Source: the human T2T-CHM13v2.0 reference genome, Homo sapiens. From it: a stretch of 64,000 nt of DNA. The stretch lies in the NCBI RefSeq assembly GCF_009914755.1, contig NC_060925.1. The stretch is one strand, 5' to 3'. A model generated the notes under the pieces. That model was given only the letters and a program-made list of their open reading frames with translations, was not told the DNA's origin and did not search any database. Below, in pieces: positions 16,271 through 33,627 of this stretch (its first letter is position 1; every line of letters starts with the position of its first letter). Made by a program: the position numbers and the translations under genes.

Positions 16271-16555
16271 TTAGGAGGTAGACAAGGCCACACTAAATGA
16301 GTGATTAGGTAACCAGCATGTCTCCACCCTAAAGAATGGGCCACTCAATAATGAAATTACAGCCTTTCTTGTGGAGAATCTCTCCCTTCATTGGTAGTAT
16401 TTTTCTCCTTCGCTTCTGCGTGTGATTCATTCATTTCCAGGACCTCACTGGGTAGATCAGCTAGCTCCAAGATCACTGCTAATGGGTTAAGGCCTAAAGG
16501 TGTGAGTGGATCAATGACCCAGGCTGGTCAGTCAATTGCTCCATTGTAGTAGATA

Positions 16556-17222
16556 CCTTTTTTGTGTTTATTTTTTTAATTGATACAGAATACTTTACAT
16601 ATTTATGGGTTACATGTGATTTTTTTTAGTATATACAATGTGAGATGATCAAGTCAGGGTATTTGGTGTATCCATTAGGTTTGAGTGTTTTGTTTTGTGT
16701 TTTTTGAGACAGGGTCTCACTGTGTCGCCCAGGCTGGAGTGCAGTGGTGTAATCACAGCTCACTGCAGCCTCGACCTTGACTTCATAAGCTCAAGTGATC
16801 CCCCCACCTCTGCCCTCCCCACCACCACCCCTGCTCTTCAGTGCCAGTAGCTGGGACTATAGCACATGCCACCATGCCCAGCTAACTAAGAAAAAAAATT
16901 TTTTTTTTTAGAGACAGGGTCTCACCATGTTGCCCAGGCCAGTATCAAATTTCTGGACTCAAGCAATCCTCCCACTTTGGCCTCCCAAAGTTCTGGGATT
17001 ATGGATGTGAGCTGCTATGCCTGACCACCTTGAGTATTTATCATTTTTATGTGTTGGGAACATTTAAAGTCTTCTAGCTACTTTGAAATACATAATACTT
17101 GCATCTCTACTCTGCTGTTGAACATTAGAACTTACATTTTCTATCTCACTGTTAACCAACCTCCCTTCATCCCCCTCTCCCACCCACACACCCTTTCCCA
17201 GTCTCTGGTATCTATCATTGTA
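16556..17222 (-). mobile_element. L1M 3' fragment interrupted by a reverse Alu (16687-17026)
   Basis: tacatatttatgggttacatgtgat... L1MA-type 3' end, resuming after the Alu. Confidence 0.7.
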
Positions 17223-17731
17223 GTGGATACTTTTTAGTACCTCTGGCCAGTTCACCATGATGTCCCCCTTCTCAATTTGTACATGACTGTGTCCCTGGCC
17301 ATAGCTGATAGGGCCTAGGCTAAATTGATTAGAGTTTCTTTCATAAATATTTGGAAATAGTACCCAAAACAAGATCTAGGCTCTTCAGGGGTTTGGACCT
17401 ATAACACGGAATCAATCTCTGGAGGTATTATGGCCATGTTCACCCTGAAGGCTGAGTTGCAAAGGAAGCCGGTCTTCAGAAAGCCAAGGAAGGATGAAAG
17501 AAATGCTCTGAAAGGAGCAGAGGTGAGGAATGGAAAGAATACGAGCAGTAATCAATTTCCTGAGTATAGAGCTTCTTAAGGCCCAGCTTGGTTCCTATAC
17601 TAAGGTCAGGCCTACACCTAACATTTGCAGGGCCCAGGATGAGAATATAAATGGAGAGCCATATACCATATGTCAAAATACTTGAAAGTTACAAATCAGG
17701 CCAACCATTAAATAAAAAATACTCAATCCTC

Positions 17732-18410
<679 letters not shown>

Positions 18411-18558
18411 TCACAGATCCTTAGAGTTCTGACAAAACATGGGGGAGATGGGAGGGAGAGAACTGACCCCTTTTTCTTCCTACCCTTGGCTCTATCCTGC
18501 ACTGTGAGACTGTCAAGGGAGTCTTTGTATACATGTCCAAGCTGCTTCCATCCATCCC

Positions 18559-18994
18559 TGTCTTAGTCCATTTTGTGTTGCTATAACAGAATACCTGAGG
18601 CTGGATAACTTTTTTAAAAAAAAAAAAGATATTTATTTTGACTCATGATTCTGTTGGCTGGAAGAGTCCAAAATTGGGCAGCCACATCTGGTGAGAGCCT
18701 CATGCTGCTTCCATTCATGGTGCAGAGTGGAAGGGGAGCTGGCATGTGCAGAGATCACATGGTGAGAGAGGACACAAGAGAAAGCAACCAAGGAAACAAG
18801 GCTCTTTTAACTCATCTATTCCCATGAATTCAAGACCTCACTCACCCCTATAGGAAGGCATTAATATATTTGTGACCCATCCTCCTCCATGACCCAAACA
18901 CCTCCCACTAGTCCCTACCTCCCAACACTGCCACGTTGGGGATCAATTTTCAACATGAGTTTTGATGGGAATAAACCACATACAAACCATAGCA
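18559..18994 (-). mobile_element. MST-type MaLR LTR
   Basis: tgtcttagtccattttgtgttgctataacagaatacctgaggctgg ... caaaccatagca termini. Confidence 0.85.
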
Positions 18995-19924
18995 ATCGCC
19001 TTACAAATAGCTGTTCCTTGACCACCTCTTGGTTCTAAAGGTGCTGATACTGACAATGCTCTCCTTAGGAGAACAGATCCAGGGAAAAGGCCCATGCAGT
19101 TCCTAGAAACAGGCTAAAGTCCATTTGGGCAGAGAATTCCAGGACTCAGGATACTAAGCATAGTTGAGAAGAGGGAGGTGAGATAAGCGGAATACTTATC
19201 TGGGTGGAGAAGCACCCTTGGCCATATGGATTTCTCATCCTATGAAGAGAGGTAGGCTCAGAGAAGAGCCAAAGCCGGGCCCTCTAGACATGGGGCCCAG
19301 GGCAGGAGTCCCTCTTTTTCATGTCTAACGGGGCTGCTTATACAAATGTATTATTTATTTAAGGAGACTCCAACTACATTCTGTTACTTGCAGCCCAAGA
19401 ATCCTAAGTTCCCTTTACCCTCTGAACCACTGTCCAGTTTTCTCTCTGCTCCCCAAAGATCCCAGAGTAGTACCTGGGAGAGGGCTTCCTCGTGAACTCT
19501 AATGCTGACCAAATGTGACAGAAGCAGGGATGCAGCTTTTTTCATGGGCTGTGCTATCAGTGGTAAATTATTTTGGTCAATCACTGTGACTTTCCTCACC
19601 CACTTACAGTCTATACATTTTACCTCCAATTAGAGATTTTGAACTTAATAGGCAGCCACAAACTCTAAAAATCATACTTTATTTTATTCTTGCATCTTCT
19701 GGCAACATACTCAATATCATATCAGAGTTTAAGGGCCCTGCCTCCCATCTGATTTGGAAGTCCTCCAAAATGGGAAAGGTGTTCAGATGCTAGGCAGCCA
19801 AAAATGTCAAATGTTCCCTACAACCTCATCGATCAGGTCTTGAAGCTATCTCCCTTGGAGGAGGCTCCAGTTCTCTCCCTTGGGAAGCCTTGAGTATTTT
19901 AGGGACAGCCCCCCTCCCCTCCAA

Positions 19925-19927
<3 letters not shown>

Positions 19928-19979
<52 letters not shown>
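19928..19979. repeat. (CA)n microsatellite
   Basis: Direct reading. Confidence 0.97.
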
Positions 19980-19980
<1 letters not shown>

Positions 19981-20321
19981 CTTTGGTCCTGCCCATCTCT
20001 CCTCTCTCCAATTCTATACTCATGGTTGGGGTAGTAATGATCTGCCATGGACCACACAGTCAAATGCCACCATAAGCCTGGTATTCAAGACAGGAGCTTC
20101 CTGCTAGACCTGCCTCAGAGCCTCACTCTCAGTGGCCTGAGTATACCAGTGAAGAGAAAACATCTGTACCCTCACGGACCTATAGTAGCCTCTACTAGAA
20201 GCAACCAGCCTAGCACTGGGAAACAAATGGGCAGGGACTGGAGGGAGGGTAATCTAGCACCTGACACTCCTGCTTTCTCAGAACTTACCTGTGATTTCCT
20301 ACTTTTGCAGCAGGAACTCTG

Positions 20322-20948
<627 letters not shown>

Positions 20949-21449
20949 AGAACTCTGTTTTTTTAAATAGTGTTGCACCTCACTATCAGACAGATTTGTG
21001 CTAATGAAAACAACAGATTTTCGCTCTTCCGCACTTTTCTAACATGATGCCTTCCAAACATCCATGTGGGTCAGCAATTGCTAGGAGAAGCTTCAACCAA
21101 GTAACTCACCAAAACTACCAAGGCATTGAACTCTCAAAAAAAAAGGGAGTAAGAAAATTGACTTCCTTCTGGATTTTAAGCTGACTTCTAAATTGGTGCC
21201 CTGGATCTGCACTGATAATGCCAAGTTAAAACACTAAAGAATTTTGCAATCTTGGAAGAGTTTTTCGTAAACATTATGAATGCTTCTAATTTTCAGTGAT
21301 GGAGAGGGACCAGTGTTAATAATGGAGGTCTTCTCATGGCCTGTGCTTACCCACTTGGTGATATTACACCTTTCACTGAGATCAAGCAAATTTACTGAAG
21401 CTGTAAAGGGACAACTTCAGGCTCGAGTCTTCCATATGGTCCAGTATCA

Positions 21450-21915
21450 CTGTGGTATTAGCATGACTTTTCAGTTGCAAGTGACAGAAAACTAGCTTAA
21501 GACAAATAAAGGGGTAGTCTCACTTCAGGAACAGCTGAGTGGAGGTGCTCAAACAATGTTAGCAAGAACCAGACTCGTTCCCAGTTCTCCTTCCCTCTGT
21601 TGTTTCCCCAAGAGGTCACAAGGATCCTGTCAGGCAGTTCCAGGGTTACATTGCATCCAACTAGCAACTCTTTCCAGCAGAGTGCAAGTTTCTCCATATA
21701 ACTGCGAAGTTCTGGAGTTGAATCTCATCAGCCTAGCTTGGATCACATGCTTACTCCTGAACCAATCAGAGTCCAGTTAGGTGGAATGTTTTAATTGGCC
21801 AGGCCTAGGTCATGTAGCCACCCTTGGAAGCAGAGTGCAGGGATCAGTTGCACTCAAGCTACAGAGACTGAGAATTGGAGAAGAGCATTTCTCAAATAAA
21901 ATCTGAGCAGAACAA
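21450..21915. mobile_element. Old MLT1-type LTR
   Basis: gacttttcagttgcaagtgacagaaaac...aaccaatca...ggtcatgtagccaccc motifs. Confidence 0.65.
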
Positions 21916-21965
21916 AACATATTTACTACTCTTGAAGAACCATTGTTCGTGCTTCTCCAAGATTT

Positions 21966-21967
<2 letters not shown>

Positions 21968-22000
<33 letters not shown>
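21968..22000. repeat. (GA)n microsatellite
   Basis: Direct reading. Confidence 0.97.
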
Positions 22001-22004
<4 letters not shown>

Positions 22005-22084
22005 GAAGAGAGAATGAATATATAAATGAAAAAAAAATGCCTCCAGATAAATTCAAATGATAAATGACTTTCTCCATCAACCTT

Positions 22085-23345
<1,261 letters not shown>

Positions 23346-24026
23346 ACATGGATTCCTGAAACCCCCATCCCTTCATATTGATGACCTATACAAGACAGAC
23401 AAAATCCCCCGTCTATGTCCTCTTATGCAGTTGTAGGGATATTATAATACCTTCTCTGACGCTCATTGCTGGAAACAACTCACTCCATAGGAAGTGGCTA
23501 AGCTATCCTGTATGTGGAACACAGTGTGCTGGGCTATTGTGGAATGTCTGTTGAGAGCCAGGAAATCCACACAAACTCAGATCTTACCTGATTTTTTCCC
23601 TTCACTATCACTAAATGGAATATATAGGATATGGAATCCAGAGTTAATGTAGTTAATCAGTAGGTCTTTGAGGTGATTTCAAAAATCATCCATCTAAGAT
23701 AACACAGACTTTCTGTACCATTTTCTAAAGAGTCTGGGTTTCCCGTACTTTAACTTATGCTGCTTACCCTAAACCCATTATACTAAGCCCCATTCTTGGA
23801 GAGAGAAAACTACTCCTGGTTTGGCCCTTCCATGACAACTTCTCTTTCTACTTTTTGAATTTTGGGGAATCCCCCAAATTAAAACTCTAAGTTAGAGAAC
23901 CCAGAGTGGAAGCAGAGAAAATGGGAATTATTGGCTCTTCCCTCCCTTTATTTTGCTGTGGCTTCCACACCTGGATAAGGATAAAACATCTAGATACTCT
24001 ATTCCTACATGCTTCTGGTAAACACT

Positions 24027-24333
<307 letters not shown>

Positions 24334-24684
24334 GCTGGTAAACATTTTTTAAAGAGTCTAGACTTGATCCCCACCAATGTACCTACCTCTCCTGAACATT
24401 GCCAACATATACCCACAGATTTTTCATCTCTTCCCCCATCTCCACAAGTCCTATAGGAAACTCAAGCCTGACAATTTGTCCCAAAACCACATCTGATCCA
24501 TTCCATTTTTGTGATGGGAGGTGGCTTGGGTGCTTGCTACTTGTGAATTTGTCATTAAGCACCTCTTGAGAGTTGGTGCTTTTATGGCTGCCCCTCTTTC
24601 TAGGATTATCCCTCCACAAGAAAAAGATGGGATCTTTGCCTGGCAGAGGCCTCCTCTTTTGCAGGTTGAAGACAGTTAAACCCC

Positions 24685-24818
24685 AGCCAGGCACAGTGGT
24701 TCACATCTGTAATCCCAATACTTTGAGAGGCCAAGGTGGGAGGGTCACTTGGGCCAGGAGTTTGAGACCAGCCTGGGCAACATAATGAAACCCCATTTCT
24801 GCAAATAATAATAATAAA
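24685..24818 (+). mobile_element. FLAM-like Alu monomer
   Basis: Single arm; flanks aagacagttaaa / aagacagatcaa. Confidence 0.85.
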
Positions 24819-25720
24819 GACAGATCAAGCTCTAGGCCCATTCCTGGTCTCTTGTTCCCTGATGCTCTTCAACTTTAGGAATGCTATAGCTGGGATTTCT
24901 TCTTGGCCAGGAGCCTTCTCATCCCCAGCTTATCCAGTGTTCTGCTTTTTAGGGACTCAGAGGTGTCCATGGTTATATCTCTTTCCCCAAAACCTAAAGG
25001 GCCTCCATTAGCCCTTTCATCTGTCCCATGAAGTCTTCATGTATAGTAGTCATTGGAGTCCTTGCTGGGTATCTACAATCACCTCAATTGATTGAGTTTT
25101 CTCTACTCCATAGCTTGAGCTGCCTCTCCTCCTCCATTTTTCATGTTAGTTTCAAAAAGTAGAAGAATCTAAAAGACCACCCTGGGTTTGGCAGCTGGGA
25201 AAACCCCAAAGTCTTATCCTGGAACAGCACTAAAACTCACCTGTTATACAGGAGACCTGATTCATGCTGTTCGCATCTCTAGCTCCTGTTTCCTCTGCCT
25301 TCTATAAGAGTTTCTTTAGTCCTGGTTCAGAAGTATCTTTTCTCTCACCCTCTGATACAACAGAGAAAAATTCAGAACATCCCTGTGGTTATAAACCCTC
25401 CCCACTGCTAGCTTTGTCAGAGCATTCAACACTCAGCCAACTAACACTGAGGCTTGAAAATTCCCCTTGCCAGACTAAGAGGTTCTGCCATCACTTCTCC
25501 ATATCGGGTATCTACCGCCCACAGCATCTCAGTAGAGTAGTACCCCAGCCAAGAGCACTCTTTCCCCATGCTAGGGGTGACCTTTCCTAAAAATACCCTC
25601 AACTTTCAGATCCTCATAAGTCTCTAGATTAACTAAATAGTCTTTCCTTCACCTCTCCCCCAATAACTAGGCCAACGATTTTAGTGGCAATTGGGTTGTT
25701 TTCTTATGGAGATTGTCTAA

Positions 25721-26084
<364 letters not shown>

Positions 26085-27509
26085 TGATTAACATCTTTAG
26101 CAAACTTAAGTAAGGCTGTGTTTTCCCCCTCCTGAAGACCTTGCTGGGCTCTCTTTATTTGTTCAGGAACTTAAGAGAATTTGCACGGTCTTTTCAATTT
26201 TATGTGTGTTTATTTTTTCACAGTTATTTTGAATCTCACAATTCTTAGAGGCTTCTGGAAGTCTATATCTACCTCCACGTGCAAATTTTCCAATGTTATC
26301 TTCATCCTTGCCCTAAATATCAATTGGCTTTATTTCTAGAGGTAATGATGAGTCCATGGAATGGATATAAAATTCAATAAGATTCAAAATAATTCAAAAT
26401 ATAATCCATATATCCTCAGCCTCATTTGCCTGTAAAGACAAAATTAGATATTATTTAATAAGTTTTTTTACCCAACTTACTCTAGGATGAGCACCCACTT
26501 TCCTACTTGTAGGAATTAACCCTACCTCAAAGTGTCCTTCAGCCATTTTAAAGAGTTTCTCCAGGGCCTCTTGAGTTGAGAATAAGTTCTTGAATGGCTA
26601 GTCATCTTGCCAGCATACTACTTGTTCAGCTTCTATAGCAGATGGCTCCCAGGAGCTTGCTGCATCTCCAATAGTGACCACAAGCAGCAACCTATTTTGG
26701 CTTCCAGCGGGGACAATGTTTTCTGTCCTGGCTGCTGCCACCTCTGCTGATGGGGCTGAAATCTGCCTCCTTAAGGCTGGTGTGACTTGTAACTGCTGTC
26801 CTGATACTACCTGACTTCCTCCTCTCTTTCCCAATGTTTTTCCCAAGATCTGGGCAATACAGACTTTTTCATCTTGTTAGAATCGGATGTGGGAATTGAG
26901 GAGAAAGGAAAAATGAAGGATGTCTGTACTCCCCCCAACTCACTTCTCACAGAGAGTGTACTATCACCATTCACAATTATTTGCCACATGTCTGTCTTTC
27001 CCTCTAAACCACAAACTCCTTATTTACCACACAGTGCATGACTTAGACTCCTAGTCAGTGCTGCTTAACTAGTGGAATACTATGATAGACATACAAAGTA
27101 CCATGAGGCAATAAAGAAAATCATCTGTCAGGATCAGATAACTTTTCCTGGAGAGGATAGGAAAAGCAGTACTTAGGACTTGATCTAGAAGGATAAGTAA
27201 GAATTCACTAGGCAGATAAGCGAAAGTGAGAGTAAAGGGTAAGTCACATAATAAAGACACTGCATGTACAGTGTGTCAAACAAGACAGAAGTTTGTTTTC
27301 TTGTCATGTAACAGTCCAGAAATAAGCAGGTAGTTCAGGTTAGGTAGGAAGCTCTAAACATAGGCCCTGTTAAAACATGGGGAAATTCTATTGCTGAAAG
27401 GAAGAAGGAGACAGTGGTTACAGCCATGCATTCCAGCTTGAGGCCTATGCAAAACTCATGAATATAAAAAAGAACAGCTTGTTTGGAGAACAGAAAAGTT
27501 CAGAATCCT

Positions 27510-27814
<305 letters not shown>

Positions 27815-28260
27815 CTAGGAACTAAAGTGTGAGAGACAGAACTGAGGAAATGAGGAATAGAGATAAGTGGAGGCCTCATTTTGAAGCTCCCCTGTCTCTC
27901 ACCTCATCTCCTTTTAACCCTCACCCTCCCAACACACAACCACTCATTCACATCTGCTTCAGCCTTTTATCTGTCAGGATTTGATAGGCCTCAGGTTCTT
28001 TATAGGTACCTGCTCTCCCTCTACCTAGAATGTTCTTTCCCCCAGATCTTCACTATAACTGTCTCCTTCTCTTCATTCAGGTCTCAGCTCAAATTTCACC
28101 TCCTCAAAATGACCTTCCCTCACAGTGCTAGCCAAAGAAGCCCTCTCCATATCAACTTTTATTCCTATTTTAATGTCTTACTAGGATGTATCACAATCTG
28201 AAATAACTTTACTTATGTTTTTTGTTCAATGCCTATATCTTGATCTAGAAAGTAAATTCT

Positions 28261-28984
28261 GCCCAGGCACAGTGGCTCCTACCTGAAATCCTTGCAATTT
28301 GGGAGGCCAAGGTGGGAGAATCACTTGAACCCAGGAGTTGAAGACCAGCCTGGGTAACATGGCGAAACCCCATCTCTACAAAAAATACAAAAAATTAGCT
28401 GTGGGTGGTGCCATGCACCTGTGGTCCCGCCTACTCAAGAAGCTGAGGTAGGAGGATCACTTGAGCCCAGGCATTCAAGGCTACAGTGAGCCATGATCAT
28501 CATACTATGCACTCCAGCCTAGATGACAGAGGAGACCCTGTCTCAACAACAACAAAAAAGAAAAAAAAAAACAAAAAACAGGAAACTCTGCGGAGTCAGA
28601 TATATGGTTTACATCTCTGTATAGCCAGTGCCTAGAATGCTGCTCCACAAGTTTTGTTTCCTTTTTCTTTTTTTCCTTTTTTTTTTTGAGACAAGATCTC
28701 ACTCTGTCACCCAGGCTGGAATGCAGTGGCACAATCTCAGCTCAATGCAGCCTCAATCTACCAAAGCTCAGGTGATCCTCCCACCTCAGCCTCCTGAGCA
28801 GCTGTGACTACAGGCACGTGCCAGCACACCCAGCTAATTTTTATATTTTTTGTTTGTTTGTTTTTGTAGAGATGGGGTTTTGTCAAGTTGCCCAGGCTGG
28901 TCCTAAACTCCTTGGCTCAAGCTATCTGCCCACCTTGGCCTCCCAAAGTGCTGAGATTACAGGTGTGAGCCACCATGCCCAGCC
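28261..28984. mobile_element. Inverted Alu pair (28261-28578 +, 28662-28984 -) in L2-like sequence
   Basis: Two dimeric Alus, tail to tail. Confidence 0.9.
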
Positions 28985-29019
28985 TAATTTTTTTAAAAAA
29001 TTTTAATTGTTATGGGTAC

Positions 29020-29241
29020 ATCTACATTTTTTAACGATTGGGAAAAAATCTCAAGAAGCATAATATCTTGTGAAAATTATAAATTCAGATTTCGGTATCC
29101 ATAAATAAAGTCATACTCATTCATTTACGTATTGTCTGTGGAGGCCTGGCAGATCTGAGTATTTATAACAGAAACTGTATGTCCACAAGGCCTAAGATAT
29201 TTACTATCTGGCTCTTTACAGTAAAAGTTTGTCGACCCCTG
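29020..29241 (+). mobile_element. MER58-type hAT DNA transposon
   Basis: atatttactatctggctctttacagtaaaagtttgtcgacccctg terminus. Confidence 0.8.
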
Positions 29242-29485
29242 GTTTAGTAATAGTAATGTACATGAAAAAGAGTAAAATTTACTTATATAAGTTGTAAAAC
29301 GTGTATCTTAAAATGTGAAACTATAGATGCCTACACTGAGTTATTATGAGCTGTGCTGGCATACACATTTCTATAAATGTGCATGTTCTTCCTGGTTTTT
29401 CTCATAGAACATAGACAGTGAATAATAGGAATTCATTGCTGGCTGGGTTTTGATGCAAAAATTTCCTGTTTAAAAAAAAAATTGT

Positions 29486-29700
29486 CAGCCTGGCCAACAT
29501 GGTGAAACCCCGTCTCTACTAAAAATACAAAAATTAGCCGAGCATGGTGGTGCACACCTGTAATCCCAGCTACTCCCAGAGGCAGACAGGAGAATCGTTT
29601 GAACCCTGGAGACGGAGGTTCCAGTGAGCCAAGATCGTGCCACTGTACTCCAGCCTGGGCAACAGAGTGAGACTCTGTCTCAAAAAAAAAAAAAAAAAAA
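29486..29700 (+). mobile_element. 5'-truncated Alu
   Basis: Starts at cagcctggccaacatgg; poly(A). Confidence 0.9.
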
Positions 29701-30365
29701 GGTATGTGACATTTCTGACCATGAAGAATCTCATTCAGTCTCCTGGACACAGAGACAGTTATCCAGAGAAGACATCTGTGGTGAAGTAGCTAATACCCCA
29801 TGCACTTGTTATCAGATCAATAACAGAGCCTGACCGGGTCTCTCTGAGCCACAACTGCCCCTGGACTGAATGGGGCATTTATCACACTGTTGTGGACAAA
29901 CCAGCTGACCATCATGCACACAGGCCCAAGCGCCTGTCAATTAGCTTCTGTCCATTAGCTGTCCAAACCCACACTCTGGCCCTGGTACTGCAGTCACGTT
30001 ATCAGTTCCCTCCAGACCCTGGAAGCATGATCGGCCATGAGTTCCCATCTCCTACCATGCCTCAACTCCACTTGGACAAACTGTCAGTTAATTAGCTAAT
30101 GTGAACAAAACACTTGAAGCTAAAAAAATGCTCAGCTGGGCTATTATGATATTTGTCTCCTGATCCTCAACTCCCTGCAACTCCCTCCACTCCAAAGTCT
30201 GCCCACAGGACTCCTTCTATCTGTCAATAGGAAAATTACACAGGAAGTGATGGAACAGTCACCTATGTTCAAGGCCAAAGCCTCTCAATCCTCCTGACGT
30301 TGCTGCTATGGATTCAGGCAACTAGAATCATAAATCCCAGGGCCTGAGGTTTGGATTGGCTTTCC

Positions 30366-30656
30366 TATTTATTTTAGGCAAGGTCTGACTCTATCGCCTA
30401 GGCTGGAGTGCAGTGGTGTAACCTCAGCTCACTGAAACTTCTGCCTCCTGGGCTCAAGCCATCCTCCCACCTCAGCCACCCAAGTAGCTGGGACTACAGG
30501 CACATACCACCACGCCAGCTAATTTTCGTATTTTTTGTAGAGACAGGGTTTTGCCATGTTGCCCAGGGTGGTCTCGAACTCATAAGCTCAAGCAACGTGC
30601 CCACCTCGGCCTCCCAAGCTGCTGGGATTACAAGACATGAGCCACTGTGCCTGACC
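30366..30656 (-). mobile_element. Alu (AluJ-like)
   Basis: TSD gattggctttcct. Confidence 0.92.
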
Positions 30657-31254
30657 ATAGATTGGCTTTCCTCTTTAAAAGGAACTAGTGGCTCAGCAGA
30701 TCCAGAGTTCCCCAAATTATCAAATTTGGGATGATTTTTAATTTCTTCAGCTGGATGGCCCATTTAGAAAGTCAAAACAGCCTTTTGGAATGATTATGTG
30801 GAAATCAGCCTTATTCACTTTAAACCTTATATTCCCAGGGCCAAAACTCAATTCTTCGTCTCTCAATTCAAGCTCCTCTCGCTGCAGTGAAGGAGGAAAG
30901 CTTAGAGTCAGCAGGGACTCCAAGAGAAATCCCTGTTCAGAAAGTTGGTCTTTGAAGGACTGGGTGATGGCCGAAGTGCCCAAGGGTGCTGAAGCTTTGT
31001 GTAGTTATCAGACACCAAAACAAGAAGGTGCCCAGGGCAGACACATGTTATTCCCTTCTATCTTCCCTTCTGAAAGGTATTTCATAATACCTTTATGGAG
31101 GGGACTGAAAATAGCTGACCTCAACCATCTAAAGCCCAATTTCAGAAGAGTTAACAGCACATTTTTATTGCAATCGTATTTGGGCAATTCCTACATGCTC
31201 CCTGATAATCCTTGGGGAGCAGGTAGCACATCCTTTGTTTCTCCCTGCATTTCT

Positions 31255-31890
31255 ATCATCACTTCTCTCCATTTCCATTCCTAAGGCTTCATCAGTACTC
31301 ACTATGACAGCTGTTACAGCCTCCTGGGTCACCCCATCCCACTCCTTCTCACCCCCATTCCTGCTGATCTAAGCTGTCCTCCTCCACTGCAGTGAGAGAA
31401 ATCATTTGAAAACACAATTGTGCCTATTTCACTCCCTGTCTAAAAGTGTCCAATGGCTCTCTATCATTCTCAGAATACATCCAAACTCCCTAACTTAATT
31501 AACTCACTTTAGAGTCTGCTCTCCACTTCTCACCTTCCAACATACCATGCTTGTACTCTATCAGGCAGTTTCCCCCACCCCACTTGTGACTTGCGCATGC
31601 TAGCGTCTCACGCCTTTCCTTCTTCCTGGAATGCCCTCTCCACTTCATCTTCATCCACCCTCAGAGGTCAGTCCAAGTGCCACCTCTTCCAGAAAGCCTT
31701 CCATGAGCTCACCTCTGAACTCCTAGAGCACTGCACTTGTTATTCTCTTGGGCCTGCTCTGCTTTATACAGTGGCTACTAATGTACAGCTGTTCTCTCCC
31801 CCATGGGACAGTAGGCATCTTAAGAAAGTCCTACAACCTAGTGTGTAGCATATAGCAGGTGCTGGTACATTTAGTGACTGATTAACAAAC
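31255..31890 (+). mobile_element. L2 fragment
   Basis: tccaatggctc...cttcctggaatgccct...cacctcttccagaaagcctt motifs. Confidence 0.65.
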
Positions 31891-32029
31891 TGCAGAAGAA
31901 AGATAAGCTAAAAAGATCATGAGTCAGAGAAACAGAACTGGGATGGAGGGAGAATCACAAATCATTATCAAAAAAGAATGGTTGACAAGGTTGAAGACTA
32001 AGTTGTCATCTTAATAACAATAGATTACA

Positions 32030-32371
<342 letters not shown>

Positions 32372-32949
32372 CTACTTTGTCTCCCCGTTACCTGCTTTAA
32401 CTCCATAGCACTTATCTCCATCTGTAATACTACCTATTTTATTCATTTGTTTATTTTCAGTCTCTTTCCACTAGATTATAAATTCCATGGTCACACAGTC
32501 AGGGGCAAAGCCCAGATTCAAACTCAGTTCTGACTCCAAAGTCAGATGATAAAGTTACAGTCATGTGGAACAAAGGGAACAGACTCTCCATGGCCCTTAA
32601 AGGCAAATACCTTTCATCATAGGAAGGCTTTAGAGAGGCTAATTTTGCCTTAATATAAGACAAAATTATATTATAATAAGACTGGATTTTGAGCATGATC
32701 CAGTTGTTAGCTGGGGCTCTCTCTGCCCCTTAAGGACCAGATAAGACTGGCTCAAGCCCTCATTCCCAAAGATTCCCCAAAATATTTCCAGAGATTACAG
32801 AAAATCCCCAGGACAATTACATTGTCATCATCACCTCCGGCTCTAAGTTTCAGCTTCCACTATCTGAATTTAGCTTGTAGATCACCACACATGCCACATG
32901 TGTTATCCCCGTCCTGCACCTGGTTCTCAACCCTCTCTATGAGTACCAT

Positions 32950-32975
<26 letters not shown>
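32950..32975. repeat. (CA)n microsatellite
   Basis: Direct reading. Confidence 0.95.
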
Positions 32976-32980
<5 letters not shown>

Positions 32981-33627
32981 AACAAATCACTTACCAGGGG
33001 CATTTGTTACCAAACTTCACTGTCATGAGATTTAGCATAGCCAAAGGAAACTACCCAAATTTAATACTAAATTCTTGTCATTACCTTTCTGCTATGCCGT
33101 GTTGTTTTTTACTTTCCTTTTCCTCCTCTTTTACTCTCCAGCCCTCTCTTCCTGACTCCCAGATTCTCAAAAGCAAAAACACACAAGCAAACAAAAACCT
33201 CATTTTTTTATTCAAATCATGTAGCTCTGTTCTGTCCCTAAACTTAGTTCTTTAGCCTCTCCTTTTGCACAGCCAATGATTTGTCCAAAATAGTTGGTTC
33301 ATCAGATTAGGTTATTCTTATCCTTTGTCTTATTTTCAGGCATGGGGATAATTTATTTAGTTCTTCCAGTTTATGAGAAAACAAAAACCAAAAATCTCTC
33401 CTTCAGCACTGACTCTCCAGTGATGGGACAGATGACCTCTTAAGACAGTGAGTACTCCATCCTTGGATTTAAGCAAGCAAAGACTGGACTGATATCTAAC
33501 TAAAATACATGTAGGTCTGTGTATAAAACATGGAAGAAGAAGATGGTGAAGATTCTTCAACTTTCAGAACCTACGATTCTGTAACAAATTAGGCACATTT
33601 GCCTTTTCTGAACACCATGCAAAACCA

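Noticed and set aside
19384-19720. Possible continuation of the Gypsy pol (integrase or second RNase H-like piece)
   Set aside because: No HHCC or DDE motif recognisable; similarity too weak
19826-20107. THTHTH / VCVCVC ORFs (also at 46876-47490)
   Set aside because: Microsatellite translations
26598-26990. 5' LTR and tRNA primer-binding site for the Gypsy relic (tggagatgcagc near 26660)
   Set aside because: Match is short and no paired LTR was found
30790-31284. 164-aa plus-strand ORF
   Set aside because: No recognisable homology, splice context or coding-like composition
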